A stretch of DNA of 29,921 nucleotides from Candidatus Eiseniibacteriota bacterium. GTDB lineage: Bacteria > Eisenbacteria > RBG-16-71-46 > SZUA-252. A program made the position numbers and the translations under genes. The notes below the pieces were generated by a model. It was not told the origin of the DNA. It made no database searches and was given only the letters and a program-made list of their open reading frames with translations. Location: assembly GCA_031370645.1 (NCBI GenBank), contig JANMQV010000038.1:1-29921 (forward strand), in the 5' to 3' direction. Position 1 is the first letter of the stretch, and each line of letters opens with the position of its first letter. Shown in pieces: positions 1 through 8,831 of the stretch.

Positions 1-692
1 TTGAACGTGTGGAAGAACTCCTCCTGCGTCGATTCCTTTCCCGCGAGGAACTGGATGTCGTCGATGAGGAGGATGTCGGCGGTGCGGTAGCGGTTCTTGA
101 ACTCGAGCGTCGTGGCGTGCTGGATCGCGTAGATCATCTCGTTCATGAACTTCTCGGCCGAGACGAAGAAGATCCGCTCGCCGGTTCGCTGCTGGCGGAT
201 GTAGTGCCCGATGGCGTGCATGAGATGCGTCTTGCCGAGCCCGACGCCGCCGTAGAGGAAGAGCGGGTTGTAGCGCGTGCCGGGGCTCTGCGCCACCGCC
301 TGGCAGACGGCGTGCGCGAATTGATTCCCGCTTCCGACGATGAAGGTGTCGAACGTGTTCTGCGGACTCAGGTGCGCTTCCTCGCGCGAGATCGGACCGG
401 GCCGGGGACGCACGTCTTCTTCGGGCGCCTCCGGCTCGGGGCGAATCTGAAACGACACTCCCACCGGCTGCCCTGTGGCGGCCGAGAGCGACGCTTCAAT
501 GAGCGAGCGGTAGTGCTGGTCCAACCAGTCGACGTAGAACGGACTCGGTACTTCCAGAAGGAGCGTCCGGCCGTCAAACTCAAGCGCCGTCAACGACCGG
601 AACCAGGTATCGAAGGTCTGACCCGACAAATTGGCCTGGATTCGCGGCACGGCCCGCTCCCAGACGTCAGTGGCGACCATTGTGTCGATCAT
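1..692 (-). CDS. dnaA: Chromosomal replication initiator DnaA (5' portion; runs off the left edge)
   Basis: Hand translation of the minus strand from ATG 692: MIDTMVATDVWERAVPRIQANLSGQTFDTWF...NTFDTFIVGSGNQFAHAVC...YNPLFLYGGVGLGKTHLMHAIGH...LLIDDIQFLAGKESTQEEFFHTF. Contains DnaA domain I and AAA+ Walker A/B. Alternative in-frame ATG at 680. Divergent from rpmH. Confidence 0.98.
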   Translation of the reverse strand, partial: MIDTMVATDVWERAVPRIQANLSGQTFDTWFRSLTALEFDGRTLLLEVPSPFYVDWLDQHYRSLIEASLSAATGQPVGVSFQIRPEPEAPEEDVRPRPGPISREEAHLSPQNTFDTFIVGSGNQFAHAVCQAVAQSPGTRYNPLFLYGGVGLGKTHLMHAIGHYIRQQRTGERIFFVSAEKFMNEMIYAIQHATTLEFKNRYRTADILLIDDIQFLAGKESTQEEFFHTF

Positions 693-728
693 CGATCTAT
701 CCCCATGTCTGCACTCCCTCTCCACCTG

Positions 729-749
729 TTATCCACATACATATCCACA
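729..749 (+). promoter_or_regulatory. Two DnaA boxes upstream of dnaA
   Basis: TTATCCACA (729-737, perfect) and ATATCCACA (741-749, one mismatch), about 40-60 bp upstream of the dnaA start; typical autoregulatory or oriC boxes. Confidence 0.85.
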
Positions 750-757
750 ATGCGAAA

Positions 758-794
758 GGGGCGCAACGTGCACGAAGGTGCCACGTTACGCCCC
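758..794 (-). other. Strong stem-loop in the dnaA upstream/leader region
   Basis: Arms 758-773 and 778-794 form 15 Watson-Crick pairs with one bulge and a 4-nt loop. The single C/A mismatch becomes a G-U pair on the minus-strand transcript. Confidence 0.6.
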
Positions 795-1029
795 GAATTT
801 TTCGGACGGCGGATAAACCCGCTCACGATATTTTAGACCTCGGTGAAACACGGAGCGCGATGCGCGCCTGGGGGGTGATTGAGGCAGGCCCTCGGCGCGT
901 CTGCACCGTCGCGGCGGGGGTCTGCAAGGGCCGGAATGTACGCCCGGGGTTTGGGGGTCGCAACGAAAATGTTAACGACAACCGGAGATGACGCAAACAA
1001 AGGTGACGCCGAGGGTCCCGAGAAGGGCG

Positions 1030-1059
1030 TTGACCTCCCGGAGGGAGGTCCGATAAACT
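1030..1059 (+). promoter_or_regulatory. Putative sigma70-type promoter for the rpmH operon
   Basis: TTGACC (1030-1035), 18-nt spacer, TAAACT (1054-1059), about 55 bp upstream of the rpmH start. Confidence 0.55.
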
Positions 1060-1113
1060 CCGTCGCTCATGCTCTAACAAGTCGAATCACACCTTTTCAC
1101 GAGGTCGGTACCA

Positions 1114-1248
1114 GTGAAGCGCACGTTTCAACCGCACAATAAGCGCAAGAAGAGGGTCCACGGGTTTCGGGCGCGCATGAGTACCCGTGGTGGCCGCGCC
1201 GTTCTTGCTCGCCGCCGCGCTCGCGGGCGCAAGCGTCTTATCCCCTAA
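1114..1248 (+). CDS. rpmH: 50S ribosomal protein L34
   Basis: GTG start with GAGGT SD at 1101-1105. Translation [44 protein letters not shown] (44 aa) is a clear bL34. Not in the ORF track. Confidence 0.98.
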   Translation: MKRTFQPHNKRKKRVHGFRARMSTRGGRAVLARRRARGRKRLIP

Positions 1249-1273
1249 CGCGGCCCCGCCGGGCGATAGCACG

Positions 1274-1621
1274 ATGGCAGGCGCGGTCTCCCCGCGCGAT
1301 CGCCGCCTTCGCGAAGGGTGGCAGTTCCGCGAAGTCTACCAGTCCGGCAAGTCGATCCACGGCAATCTGATGACGCTGGTCACGCTGGTCAAGCCCGAGG
1401 ACCGCTGCCGCTTTGCGTTCGTTGCCAGCCGGAAGGTGGGCGGTGCCGTTCAGCGGAACCGGTCGAAGCGACTTCTTCGCGAAGCGTTCCGCGCCGTCCC
1501 GGCCGAGCGCCACGACGAGGCCCGTTGGCGGATCTGGATTGCCCGCGCGACCTGCGCCAGTTCGGGACTCGCCGCCGTTTCGATTGAGATGAACCGCCTG
1601 ATTGGACAGGAGCGCCGATGA
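1274..1621 (+). CDS. rnpA: Ribonuclease P protein component
   Basis: RL...FREVYQSGK and RFAFVASRKVGGAVQRNRSKRLLRE (RNR motif); follows rpmH. Start moved to ATG 1274 to avoid overlap with rpmH. Confidence 0.93.
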   Translation: MAGAVSPRDRRLREGWQFREVYQSGKSIHGNLMTLVTLVKPEDRCRFAFVASRKVGGAVQRNRSKRLLREAFRAVPAERHDEARWRIWIARATCASSGLAAVSIEMNRLIGQERR

Positions 1622-1911
1622 ATACCTCCGTCGCTTCGACCTCTAACGCCCCCGCACCGACGGCATCCCTGGTCGGTCGCGCCGTTCGTTCCGGCTTCGG
1701 GCTCCGTTACCTCTTCCTGCTCCTGGTTCGCGGCTATCGAGCCGCCATATCCCCCGTCCTCCCTCGATCGTGTCGATTCGAGCCATCGTGCGCCGCGTAC
1801 GCCCAAGAGGCGCTTGGCCGCCACAACGTCCTGCGCGCCCTTTGGCTCATCGTGCGCCGAATTTCCCGCTGTCACCCCTTTCATCCCGGAGGCTACGACC
1901 CGGTTCCCTGA
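1618..1911 (+). CDS. yidD: Membrane protein insertion efficiency factor YidD
   Basis: YRAAISP..CRFEPSCAAY..RISRCHPFHPGGYDPVP motif; ATGA overlap with rnpA. Confidence 0.95.
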   Translation: MNTSVASTSNAPAPTASLVGRAVRSGFGLRYLFLLLVRGYRAAISPVLPRSCRFEPSCAAYAQEALGRHNVLRALWLIVRRISRCHPFHPGGYDPVP

Positions 1912-1932
1912 CGGAACCGCGGCCGCTGATCC

Positions 1933-3645
1933 ATGGACAAGAAAACCCTTATTGCCGTCTTCCTGATCCTCGGCGTCTTGCTGCTCGACTCCATTTGGTG
2001 GTCGTCACGCACGCGCCAGAAGCAGCAGTCGGCTCAAACGACCGGACAGCAGGTGACGCCGGGCGCCCCGGGGACCTCGGTGCCCGGTGGCGGCACGCCC
2101 GCGGGCGGCCCAGGCTCCGGCACCGCCGTAACAGGTGGCGCGCCGTCGAACGGCTCGACCCCGACGAGCGTCTCGGGCGCTCCTTCCATCGCCGGTGAAT
2201 CGCTAGTCTCCACGCGGGTCGCCGCGGCGCCGATCGAGGAGCGACAGCTCTCGAGCAAGTCGTTCCAGGCCACCTTCTCCACCCAGGGCGGAGCGATCAC
2301 CTCGTGGGTGGTCCCGAACTACAAGAACCCGATGACGAAGGGGCCGGTCGACCTGGTCCGCCCCGGCGCGAGCGCCCTGAACGTCGTCGTCTCCGCGGGA
2401 AATTCGACCTTCGACTTCAGCAAGGTCCCATTCCGACTCGCCGAATTCAACGAGACTCAGGGGCTCATCAGTTTCAGCGCGCAGGACTCGAGCGGGGTCA
2501 GAGTCACGAAGAGCTACCGGATCGATACGAACGGCGCCCTCCTCGACGTCGAGGTGCGGCTCTCCGCGCCCGCCGGCATGGGCCCGATTCGATACCGGAT
2601 CGGCTGGGGAAGCACACTCCCCCACACCGAGCTCTACTCCAAGCCGATGGAACTCCGCGGGACGGCGCTCTTGGGCGAGAAGCTCCTCTCGCTCGACACG
2701 AAGGGACTCGGCAAGGAAGCCTGGAAGCTCGAGAAGGGGAACGTTCGCTGGGCCGGCGATCGGAGTAAGTATTTCGTCGCCGTCCTCGTGCCCGACTCGC
2801 TCACGGTTGAAGAAGTCGCGTTCCTCCCGGCTGCCGACGGCGCGGCCAGCGCCTGGCTCACCGGTGCGGCAACGCCTGGCTCGCTCGTGGTGCGCCACGC
2901 GCGCCTCTACGCGGGCCCGCTCCATTACGACACGTTGGTGGGATTGGGGTCTGGCCTCGAGCAGTTGGTGAACCTGGGATGGAAGTTCCTCCTCCCGGTC
3001 AGCACCTTCTTGCTGAAGAGCCTCCTCCTGCTTCACAAGTGGATCCCGAATTACGGCGTCGGAATCATTCTCTTGAGCCTTCTTACGAAGGTCGTCTTCT
3101 ACCCCCTCACGCAGTCGAGCCTTCGGACGATGAAGATCATGCACCGGCTCCAGCCGCGCATGAACGAGCTGCGGGAGAAGTACAAGGACGACCCGGTGAA
3201 GATGAACAGCGCGGTGATGGGGCTCTACAAGGAGCACAAGGTGAACCCGCTCGGCGGGTGCCTCCCGATGCTTCTTCAAGTGCCGGTCTTCCTGGCGCTC
3301 TATAACGTGCTGCTCTACTCGGTGGAACTGCGGAACGCCGGATTCATGGCGCACGTCCACGACCTTTCGGCACCCGACCTCCTCATGCAGTTGGGCCCGC
3401 TCCCGATCCACCTCCTCCCGATCCTCATGACGTTCAGCACGTTCTGGATGCAGTCGCTCACGCCGACCGATCCGAACCAGAAGCCGCTCATGATGCTCAT
3501 GCCCGTGATGATGCTCTTCTTTATGTATAATCTTCCCGCGGGCGTGATCCTCTATTGGACGGTCAACAACGTCCTTTCCGCCCTGCAGCAGCAGTGGGTC
3601 AACATCGCCGACGATCGCGAAACGGCGGCCCGAGCCGCCACGTAG
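1933..3645 (+). CDS. yidC: Membrane protein insertase YidC
   Basis: N-terminal TM, large periplasmic domain, NYGVGIILL..KVVFYPL, NPLGGCLPMLLQVPVFLALY and PAGVILYWTVNN motifs. Confidence 0.97.
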   Translation: MDKKTLIAVFLILGVLLLDSIWWSSRTRQKQQSAQTTGQQVTPGAPGTSVPGGGTPAGGPGSGTAVTGGAPSNGSTPTSVSGAPSIAGESLVSTRVAAAPIEERQLSSKSFQATFSTQGGAITSWVVPNYKNPMTKGPVDLVRPGASALNVVVSAGNSTFDFSKVPFRLAEFNETQGLISFSAQDSSGVRVTKSYRIDTNGALLDVEVRLSAPAGMGPIRYRIGWGSTLPHTELYSKPMELRGTALLGEKLLSLDTKGLGKEAWKLEKGNVRWAGDRSKYFVAVLVPDSLTVEEVAFLPAADGAASAWLTGAATPGSLVVRHARLYAGPLHYDTLVGLGSGLEQLVNLGWKFLLPVSTFLLKSLLLLHKWIPNYGVGIILLSLLTKVVFYPLTQSSLRTMKIMHRLQPRMNELREKYKDDPVKMNSAVMGLYKEHKVNPLGGCLPMLLQVPVFLALYNVLLYSVELRNAGFMAHVHDLSAPDLLMQLGPLPIHLLPILMTFSTFWMQSLTPTDPNQKPLMMLMPVMMLFFMYNLPAGVILYWTVNNVLSALQQQWVNIADDRETAARAAT

Positions 3646-3678
3646 CGGCCTCAGCCCGAACGACCGGATGGATCAGCC

Positions 3679-4479
3679 ATGAACGACGAAGTCATCAATA
3701 TCGAAGCCAATACTTTTGAAGATGCGATCGCCGCCGCATGCGCCCAAACGGGGCTCACGCCGCGCGAACTCGCCATCGACATGGTCGACGCCGGCTCGTC
3801 GGCCAATTCGACCATCGGGTTCCGGCCCGTCAAGGTGAAGGTCCGCCGCCGCGCGCCGCAGGGCGCCCCGGACGGCGCAGGCCGCGCGCCGGCTCGGGCG
3901 TCTCGCCCCTCGTACGATTCGCCCCGCTCGCACCAAGGGGTGTCGCATCGGTCGGAGCCGCGCGACTTCGGTCCGCCTCCCCCGCCGCTCGATCCTAGCC
4001 TCATCACGGCGGAGCACGTCGCGATGGTGCAGGAGTTGGCTCAGGGGCTGGTGAACGCGATGGAATTCCCCGGCGCCGCAGCCGACGCGTCGAAGACGCA
4101 GCACGGAATTCGCGTCGGCCTGAGCGCCGGCGAATTCGACGAACTCCTGATCGGCTCGGACGGCGAGACGCTCTCCTCGTTCCAGCACATCCTGACCCGC
4201 ATGCTTCGGGCGAAGATGCCGAACTCGGCGCCCCCTCGCCTCGAGGTGGACGTGGCCGGGTTCCGCGATCGCCAGATCGAAGGACTTCGCCAGATGGCCC
4301 GCGGCCTGATGGACGAAGTGACGGGCGGCATCCCCGAGGTAACGACCGATCCGCTTCCCGCTTCCGAGCGGCGCATCGTCCACCTCGAAGTGGCGGAGCG
4401 CCCCGGGATGGAGACGGTCACCGTCGGCGACGGCTTCTACAAGCGCGTCGTCATCCGCCGCGCGGCGTCGAAGGAGTAG
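3679..4479 (+). CDS. jag: Jag/EloR/KhpB RNA-binding protein (Jag_N, KH, R3H)
   Basis: N-terminal EANTFEDAIAAA, KH-like LLIGSDGETL, R3H motif ERRIVH; canonical position between yidC and mnmE. Confidence 0.85.
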   Translation: MNDEVINIEANTFEDAIAAACAQTGLTPRELAIDMVDAGSSANSTIGFRPVKVKVRRRAPQGAPDGAGRAPARASRPSYDSPRSHQGVSHRSEPRDFGPPPPPLDPSLITAEHVAMVQELAQGLVNAMEFPGAAADASKTQHGIRVGLSAGEFDELLIGSDGETLSSFQHILTRMLRAKMPNSAPPRLEVDVAGFRDRQIEGLRQMARGLMDEVTGGIPEVTTDPLPASERRIVHLEVAERPGMETVTVGDGFYKRVVIRRAASKE

Positions 4480-4533
4480 CGTCCGTGGATGCCGCGTCGG
4501 GCGCGGCCGGGCCGAAACGTCCCCGCCACTGTC

Positions 4534-5937
4534 ATGAGCACAACCGACACGATCGTTGCGATCGCCACGGCGTCGGGCGACGCCGCCATCGCGATCACGA
4601 GGCTCAGCGGTCCTGACGCTGTAGCCATCGCGGCGCGTTGCTTCCGCGGCGCGCGAAATCCCGCCGAGTGCGGCTCCCACCGGATTCTGTTTGGGCGATT
4701 CGTGGCGGCCGACGGCGTCCCACTCGACACCGTTCTCCTCTCCATCTTCCGCGCTCCTCATTCCTATACCAGCGAAGACATCGTTGAGATTTCCTCCCAC
4801 GGTGGGCCGGCTATTCCCCGCGCCATTCTTGAAGCATTGATCGGCGCCGGCGCGCGCGCCGCTCGGCCGGGTGAGTTCACGGAGCGCGCCTATCGGAATG
4901 GAAAGCTCGACCTGGCGCAGGCGGAGTCGGTCGCCTCGATCGTCCGCGCCCGCTCCGAGCGTTCGCTTCGTGCGGCGCACGCGACGTTGGGTGGGGATCT
5001 CTCGCGGCGGATCGAGGCGCTCGATGCGGAGTTGGTCGTGCTTTCGGCTGAAGTAGAGTCGCGGTTGGATTTTCCGGGCGATGTTCGGGAGGCGGCCGAA
5101 GTCGCCGTGCTCGCTGGTCGTTGCGAGGGTGCGGTAGTGGCGCTTCGCGAGTGGGTGGACCGACTTCCTTCGGCTCGTCGGCGCGAGGAAGGGGTGCGGG
5201 TCGCGCTGGTCGGCGCCCCGAATGTCGGGAAGTCGAGTCTCCTGAATGCCCTTCTGGGGTACGACCGCGCCATCGTGAACGAATCGCCCGGCACCACGCG
5301 GGACACGGTGGAGGCTTCGATTTGGCTCGACGGTACCGAAGTTCGTCTCACCGATACGGCGGGGCTTCGGGTCTCGGCCGATCCGGTGGAGCGACTCGGC
5401 GTGGAGCGTTCCGAGTTGGCCGCGGCCGCGGCGGACCTGACGATTGTCGTGCGCGACTGCGCGCGCCCGGAGGCTGGCGCGCTCGAGTGCGATCGGATCG
5501 TGACGGCGTCGCGTGGGACCGTCGTGGTGGCGTGGAACAAGAGTGACTTGCGCGCCGGCTCAGTTCGCGAGTCCGGTGGAGCGGGAGTCGGCGTCGTGGT
5601 TGGTGTCGCCGCGGAAGTTGAAACGGTCGCGGTGCGACCCGGTGGCGTCGATTCGCTGATCGCCGTGATTCGCGCGGCGCTTCCCTCGCTTCTCGGCGAC
5701 CACTCAGGCGCGGAACTCCCCGCGACGAGCGTGCGGCAGGAGGCGCTCCTTCGCGAGGCGGCCGAGGCGCTCGAGCGTGCGGCGCTCCAATTGCGCCACG
5801 ACGCCGACGACGTCGCCTACGATCTCGCCGCGGTCGATCTCACCGAGGCCCGCCGCGCCCTCGGCGAGATGGTCGGCCGCGGCGTGGACGACGCGGTGGT
5901 CGCCGCCATCTTCTCCCGCTTCTGCATCGGAAAGTGA
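4534..5937 (+). CDS. mnmE: tRNA modification GTPase MnmE (TrmE)
   Basis: [50 protein letters not shown] and C-terminal FSRFCIGK. Start set at ATG 4534 ([12 protein letters not shown]). Confidence 0.97.
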   Translation: MSTTDTIVAIATASGDAAIAITRLSGPDAVAIAARCFRGARNPAECGSHRILFGRFVAADGVPLDTVLLSIFRAPHSYTSEDIVEISSHGGPAIPRAILEALIGAGARAARPGEFTERAYRNGKLDLAQAESVASIVRARSERSLRAAHATLGGDLSRRIEALDAELVVLSAEVESRLDFPGDVREAAEVAVLAGRCEGAVVALREWVDRLPSARRREEGVRVALVGAPNVGKSSLLNALLGYDRAIVNESPGTTRDTVEASIWLDGTEVRLTDTAGLRVSADPVERLGVERSELAAAAADLTIVVRDCARPEAGALECDRIVTASRGTVVVAWNKSDLRAGSVRESGGAGVGVVVGVAAEVETVAVRPGGVDSLIAVIRAALPSLLGDHSGAELPATSVRQEALLREAAEALERAALQLRHDADDVAYDLAAVDLTEARRALGEMVGRGVDDAVVAAIFSRFCIGK

Positions 5938-5941
5938 TCGC

Positions 5942-7903
5942 GTGATCGCGCCGACTCCCTTGAATCCACCGCCGAATCGCCGCGTCCCACTGTTGGTCAT
6001 CGGCGCCGGCCATGCCGGCTGCGAAGCCGCGCTCATCGCGGCTCGCCTTGGCGTGGATGCGGCGATCGTGACGATGAATTTCGACATGATCGGCCACATG
6101 CCCTGCAATCCCGCGATCGGCGGATTGGCGAAGGGGCACCTGGTGCGCGAAATCGACGCGATGGGCGGAATGATGGGGCGGATGGCCGATCGCGCCGGGA
6201 TCCAATTCAAGATGTTGAATCGGGGGCGCGGTCCGGCCGTTTGGTCGCCGCGCGCGCAGGAAGACAAGGCGCTCTATCGGGCACTGGTCCGCGAACAATT
6301 GGAAGCGACGCCGGGGATCACGCTCTGCCAGGGTCAGGTGACGGCATTCGAGGTTTCGGGCGGGCGGATCCGCGGTGTTCGATTGGCGGATGGCTCGCTC
6401 CTCGAGGCGGAGGCGGTGATCGTCACGCCCGGAACGTTCCTCGACGGCGTTCTCCATGTCGGCGATCGCACCGTCGCGGGAGGGCGGGTCGGCGAGGCGC
6501 CGGCGCGAGGGCTCTCCGATTCCCTTCGCGATCTTGGATTCCGCCTCGTCCGGCTCAAGACCGGAACGCCGCCGCGGCTGCATCGCGACACGATCGACTT
6601 CGCGCGGCTCGCCGAACAGCACGGTGAAGAGCCGCCCGTCCCCTTTTCGCATTTCACGGAGTCGCTCGAGGTGGAGCAGATCGTCTGCCATCTCACCGCG
6701 ACGACGGAAGCGACGCACCGCGTCATTCGCGAGAATCTCCATCGCTCGCCGCTCTATACGGGGAAGATTCGAGGCATCGGGCCGCGTTACTGCCCTTCCG
6801 TCGAAGACAAGGTGGTGCGATTCGCGGAGAAGGCGTCGCATCAGATCTTCTTGGAGCCGGAGGGGCGCGACGCGGCCGAGTATTACGTGAACGGTCTTTC
6901 GACGAGTCTGCCGGAAGAGGTGCAGCTCGAGATTCTCGCGACCATTCCCGGGCTCGAGTCGGGGCGGTTGCTCCGGCCGGGCTACGCGGTGGAGTACGAC
7001 TTCGTCCCTCCGACGCAACTTCGGCACACGTTGGAATCGCGCGAGATCGAAGGGCTCTATCTCGCGGGACAGATCAACGGCACGTCGGGCTATGAGGAAG
7101 CGGCGGCGCAAGGACTCTGGGCCGGAATCAACGCGGCCTTGAAGTTGCAGCGTCGAGAGCCTTGGCTTCCGGGTCGCCATACTTCATATCTCGCTGTGTT
7201 GATTGACGATCTAGTCGTTAAGGGAACGGAAGAGCCGTACCGCATGTTCACTTCGAGCGCGGAACATCGCCTCCTCCTGCGGCAAGACAACGCCGACGAG
7301 CGGTTGCTGCCGGAGGCGACGCGCCTCGGGACGCTGACCCCGGAGGAGCTGCGACGGCTCGGCCGGCGCACCGACGATCGTGTCACCGCTCGGGCGCGAC
7401 TCAAGTCGGTTCGCCTTCCGGTGCCTGAGCGCACGGCGCCCTTGTCGATCGCGCAGGCGCTCCGCGACGGTTCGCTCGACACGCCGCGCGCCCTCGCGCT
7501 CCCTTCGCTTGCCGATCTGGAGCGCGGAGCGGTAGAGTCCGCCCTGATCGAGGCGCGCTACGAGGGGTACATCGAGCGCGAACATCGCTCGGTCCAGCGC
7601 TCGGCGCGACACGAATCGCTCGCGCTTCCGGAGCGCCTCTTCGACGAGCCGCTCGCGGAATTGGCGAGCGAGGCACGTGAAAAGGTGAAGCTACTCCGCC
7701 CTCGAACCGTCGCACAGGCTTCGCGGATCGCCGGGGTTTCCCCCGCGGACGTATCGGTTCTGGCCATCTACGCTGATCGGGAACGACGAAGGAGTGTGGA
7801 TGGCGGGGCCGAACGAAAAGGAGCGGAAGCCGGTGGGGACGATTCCCGCCGACTTGGCGGCGGATCGCCGACTCTTCCTAGAGCACCTCGCTCGCGCGAG
7901 TGA
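5942..7903 (+). CDS. mnmG: tRNA uridine-5-carboxymethylaminomethyl(34) synthesis enzyme MnmG (GidA)
   Basis: [52 protein letters not shown]. Likely start GTG 5942 (or TTG 5960), just after the mnmE stop. Confidence 0.96.
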   Translation: MIAPTPLNPPPNRRVPLLVIGAGHAGCEAALIAARLGVDAAIVTMNFDMIGHMPCNPAIGGLAKGHLVREIDAMGGMMGRMADRAGIQFKMLNRGRGPAVWSPRAQEDKALYRALVREQLEATPGITLCQGQVTAFEVSGGRIRGVRLADGSLLEAEAVIVTPGTFLDGVLHVGDRTVAGGRVGEAPARGLSDSLRDLGFRLVRLKTGTPPRLHRDTIDFARLAEQHGEEPPVPFSHFTESLEVEQIVCHLTATTEATHRVIRENLHRSPLYTGKIRGIGPRYCPSVEDKVVRFAEKASHQIFLEPEGRDAAEYYVNGLSTSLPEEVQLEILATIPGLESGRLLRPGYAVEYDFVPPTQLRHTLESREIEGLYLAGQINGTSGYEEAAAQGLWAGINAALKLQRREPWLPGRHTSYLAVLIDDLVVKGTEEPYRMFTSSAEHRLLLRQDNADERLLPEATRLGTLTPEELRRLGRRTDDRVTARARLKSVRLPVPERTAPLSIAQALRDGSLDTPRALALPSLADLERGAVESALIEARYEGYIEREHRSVQRSARHESLALPERLFDEPLAELASEAREKVKLLRPRTVAQASRIAGVSPADVSVLAIYADRERRRSVDGGAERKGAEAGGDDSRRLGGGSPTLPRAPRSRE

Positions 7904-8549
7904 AAGCAGTGCTTCATCCGGGGGTGAACTCGCCTCCGGAGGTACGACCGCAGAGGCCACGTTTCACGTGGCACCTTTCTCCGCCACAGCACTAGACCTC
8001 CTCGACCGCTACGCTCTCCTCGTATACGAGAAGATCCCGACGCTCTCGCTGATCGCTAAAGGCGATCGCTCCACTCTCTACACCAGGCACATCCTCGACT
8101 CGCTCAACCCGCTGTCTCTCTTCGCGAAACCACCGGAGTGCGTCCTCGACATTGGAAGTGGCGGGGGCTTCCCGGGATTGCCGCTCGGCATTCTCTGGCC
8201 CGAAACGAAGGTCGTGCTGCTCGAGTCTCGCGAGCGAAAGGCGGCTTTCCTGGAGCGGGCGGTGCGGCAGTTGCGCGTTCGAAACGTGAAGGTCGCGTGT
8301 GAACGACTCGAGGAACATTCACGCAAGAAGGAGCCGGTGTACGACGTGGTCTTCGTTCGGGCCGTGGCGGAGCTGGCGAGATTGATCGAGATGATCGCAC
8401 CGAGTTGCCTCCCTGGCGCGGGGTGGGTCTACTTCGCCGGCGGCGGGATCGACCGGGAGCAGTTAGCCCGAGAGCTGGCCGTCACGGGAAGGACGGGAGC
8501 CGAGGCGGCAGGCGCGTTCGGGGGGCGGCTGCTCCACGGGCTGGTCTGA
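7800..8549 (+). CDS. rsmG: 16S rRNA (guanine(527)-N7)-methyltransferase RsmG (GidB)
   Basis: [36 protein letters not shown] motifs; AAGGAG SD (7789-7794) before ATG 7800; between mnmG and parA. Confidence 0.9.
   Translation: MAGPNEKERKPVGTIPADLAADRRLFLEHLARASESSASSGGELASGGTTAEATFHVAPFSATALDLLDRYALLVYEKIPTLSLIAKGDRSTLYTRHILDSLNPLSLFAKPPECVLDIGSGGGFPGLPLGILWPETKVVLLESRERKAAFLERAVRQLRVRNVKVACERLEEHSRKKEPVYDVVFVRAVAELARLIEMIAPSCLPGAGWVYFAGGGIDREQLARELAVTGRTGAEAAGAFGGRLLHGLV
7960..7975. promoter_or_regulatory. parS-like site inside rsmG
   Basis: CGTTTCACGTGGCACC versus the consensus tGTTTCACGTGAAACa; left half intact, right half degenerate. Confidence 0.5.
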
Positions 8550-8572
8550 GTCGCGCCCCAGCACGAGTGCGC

Positions 8573-8588
8573 CGCTCCACGTGAAACT
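8573..8588. promoter_or_regulatory. parS site (degenerate)
   Basis: CGCTCCACGTGAAACT, in the rsmG-parA intergenic region. Confidence 0.7.
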
Positions 8589-8659
8589 TGGCCCGGCCCG
8601 CCGGCCCACCCCTCAGCCGAATCGCCTCTCCTCCTGTTTCCCGAAAATACCTTCGCCAA

Positions 8660-8675
8660 TGTTCCACGTGAAACG
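8660..8675. promoter_or_regulatory. parS site
   Basis: TGTTCCACGTGAAACG, a near-perfect match to the chromosomal parS consensus, upstream of parAB. Confidence 0.92.
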
Positions 8676-8831
8676 TAGCCGTATCTTGCTGCAAAATTGT
8701 TCGTTACCCATGCACCTACACAAAAGGCCCTCCAATCCCCCAAGATCACGTCTCCGCCACGGAAACCACGTTTCACGCACATTTCGCGAGCACATGCACC
8801 TAACGTCAATATTCACAGAGAAATAAAATCA

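Noticed and set aside
9-836. 275-aa plus-strand ORF
   Set aside because: Antisense shadow of dnaA, which is clearly encoded on the minus strand.
916-957. Four G-runs as a possible G-quadruplex in the dnaA-rpmH intergenic region
   Set aside because: One loop is 15 nt and G-runs are common at this GC content; no independent support.
3647-3654. GGCCTCAG recurring in short intergenic gaps (also 11868-11875 and reversed at 26798-26805)
   Set aside because: GC-rich 8-mer with no extended similarity in the flanks; compatible with chance.
8581-8826. Small ORFs across the rsmG-parA gap (FHVK/FHVE-containing)
   Set aside because: The FHV peptides are simply translations of parS sites; no SD or family signal.
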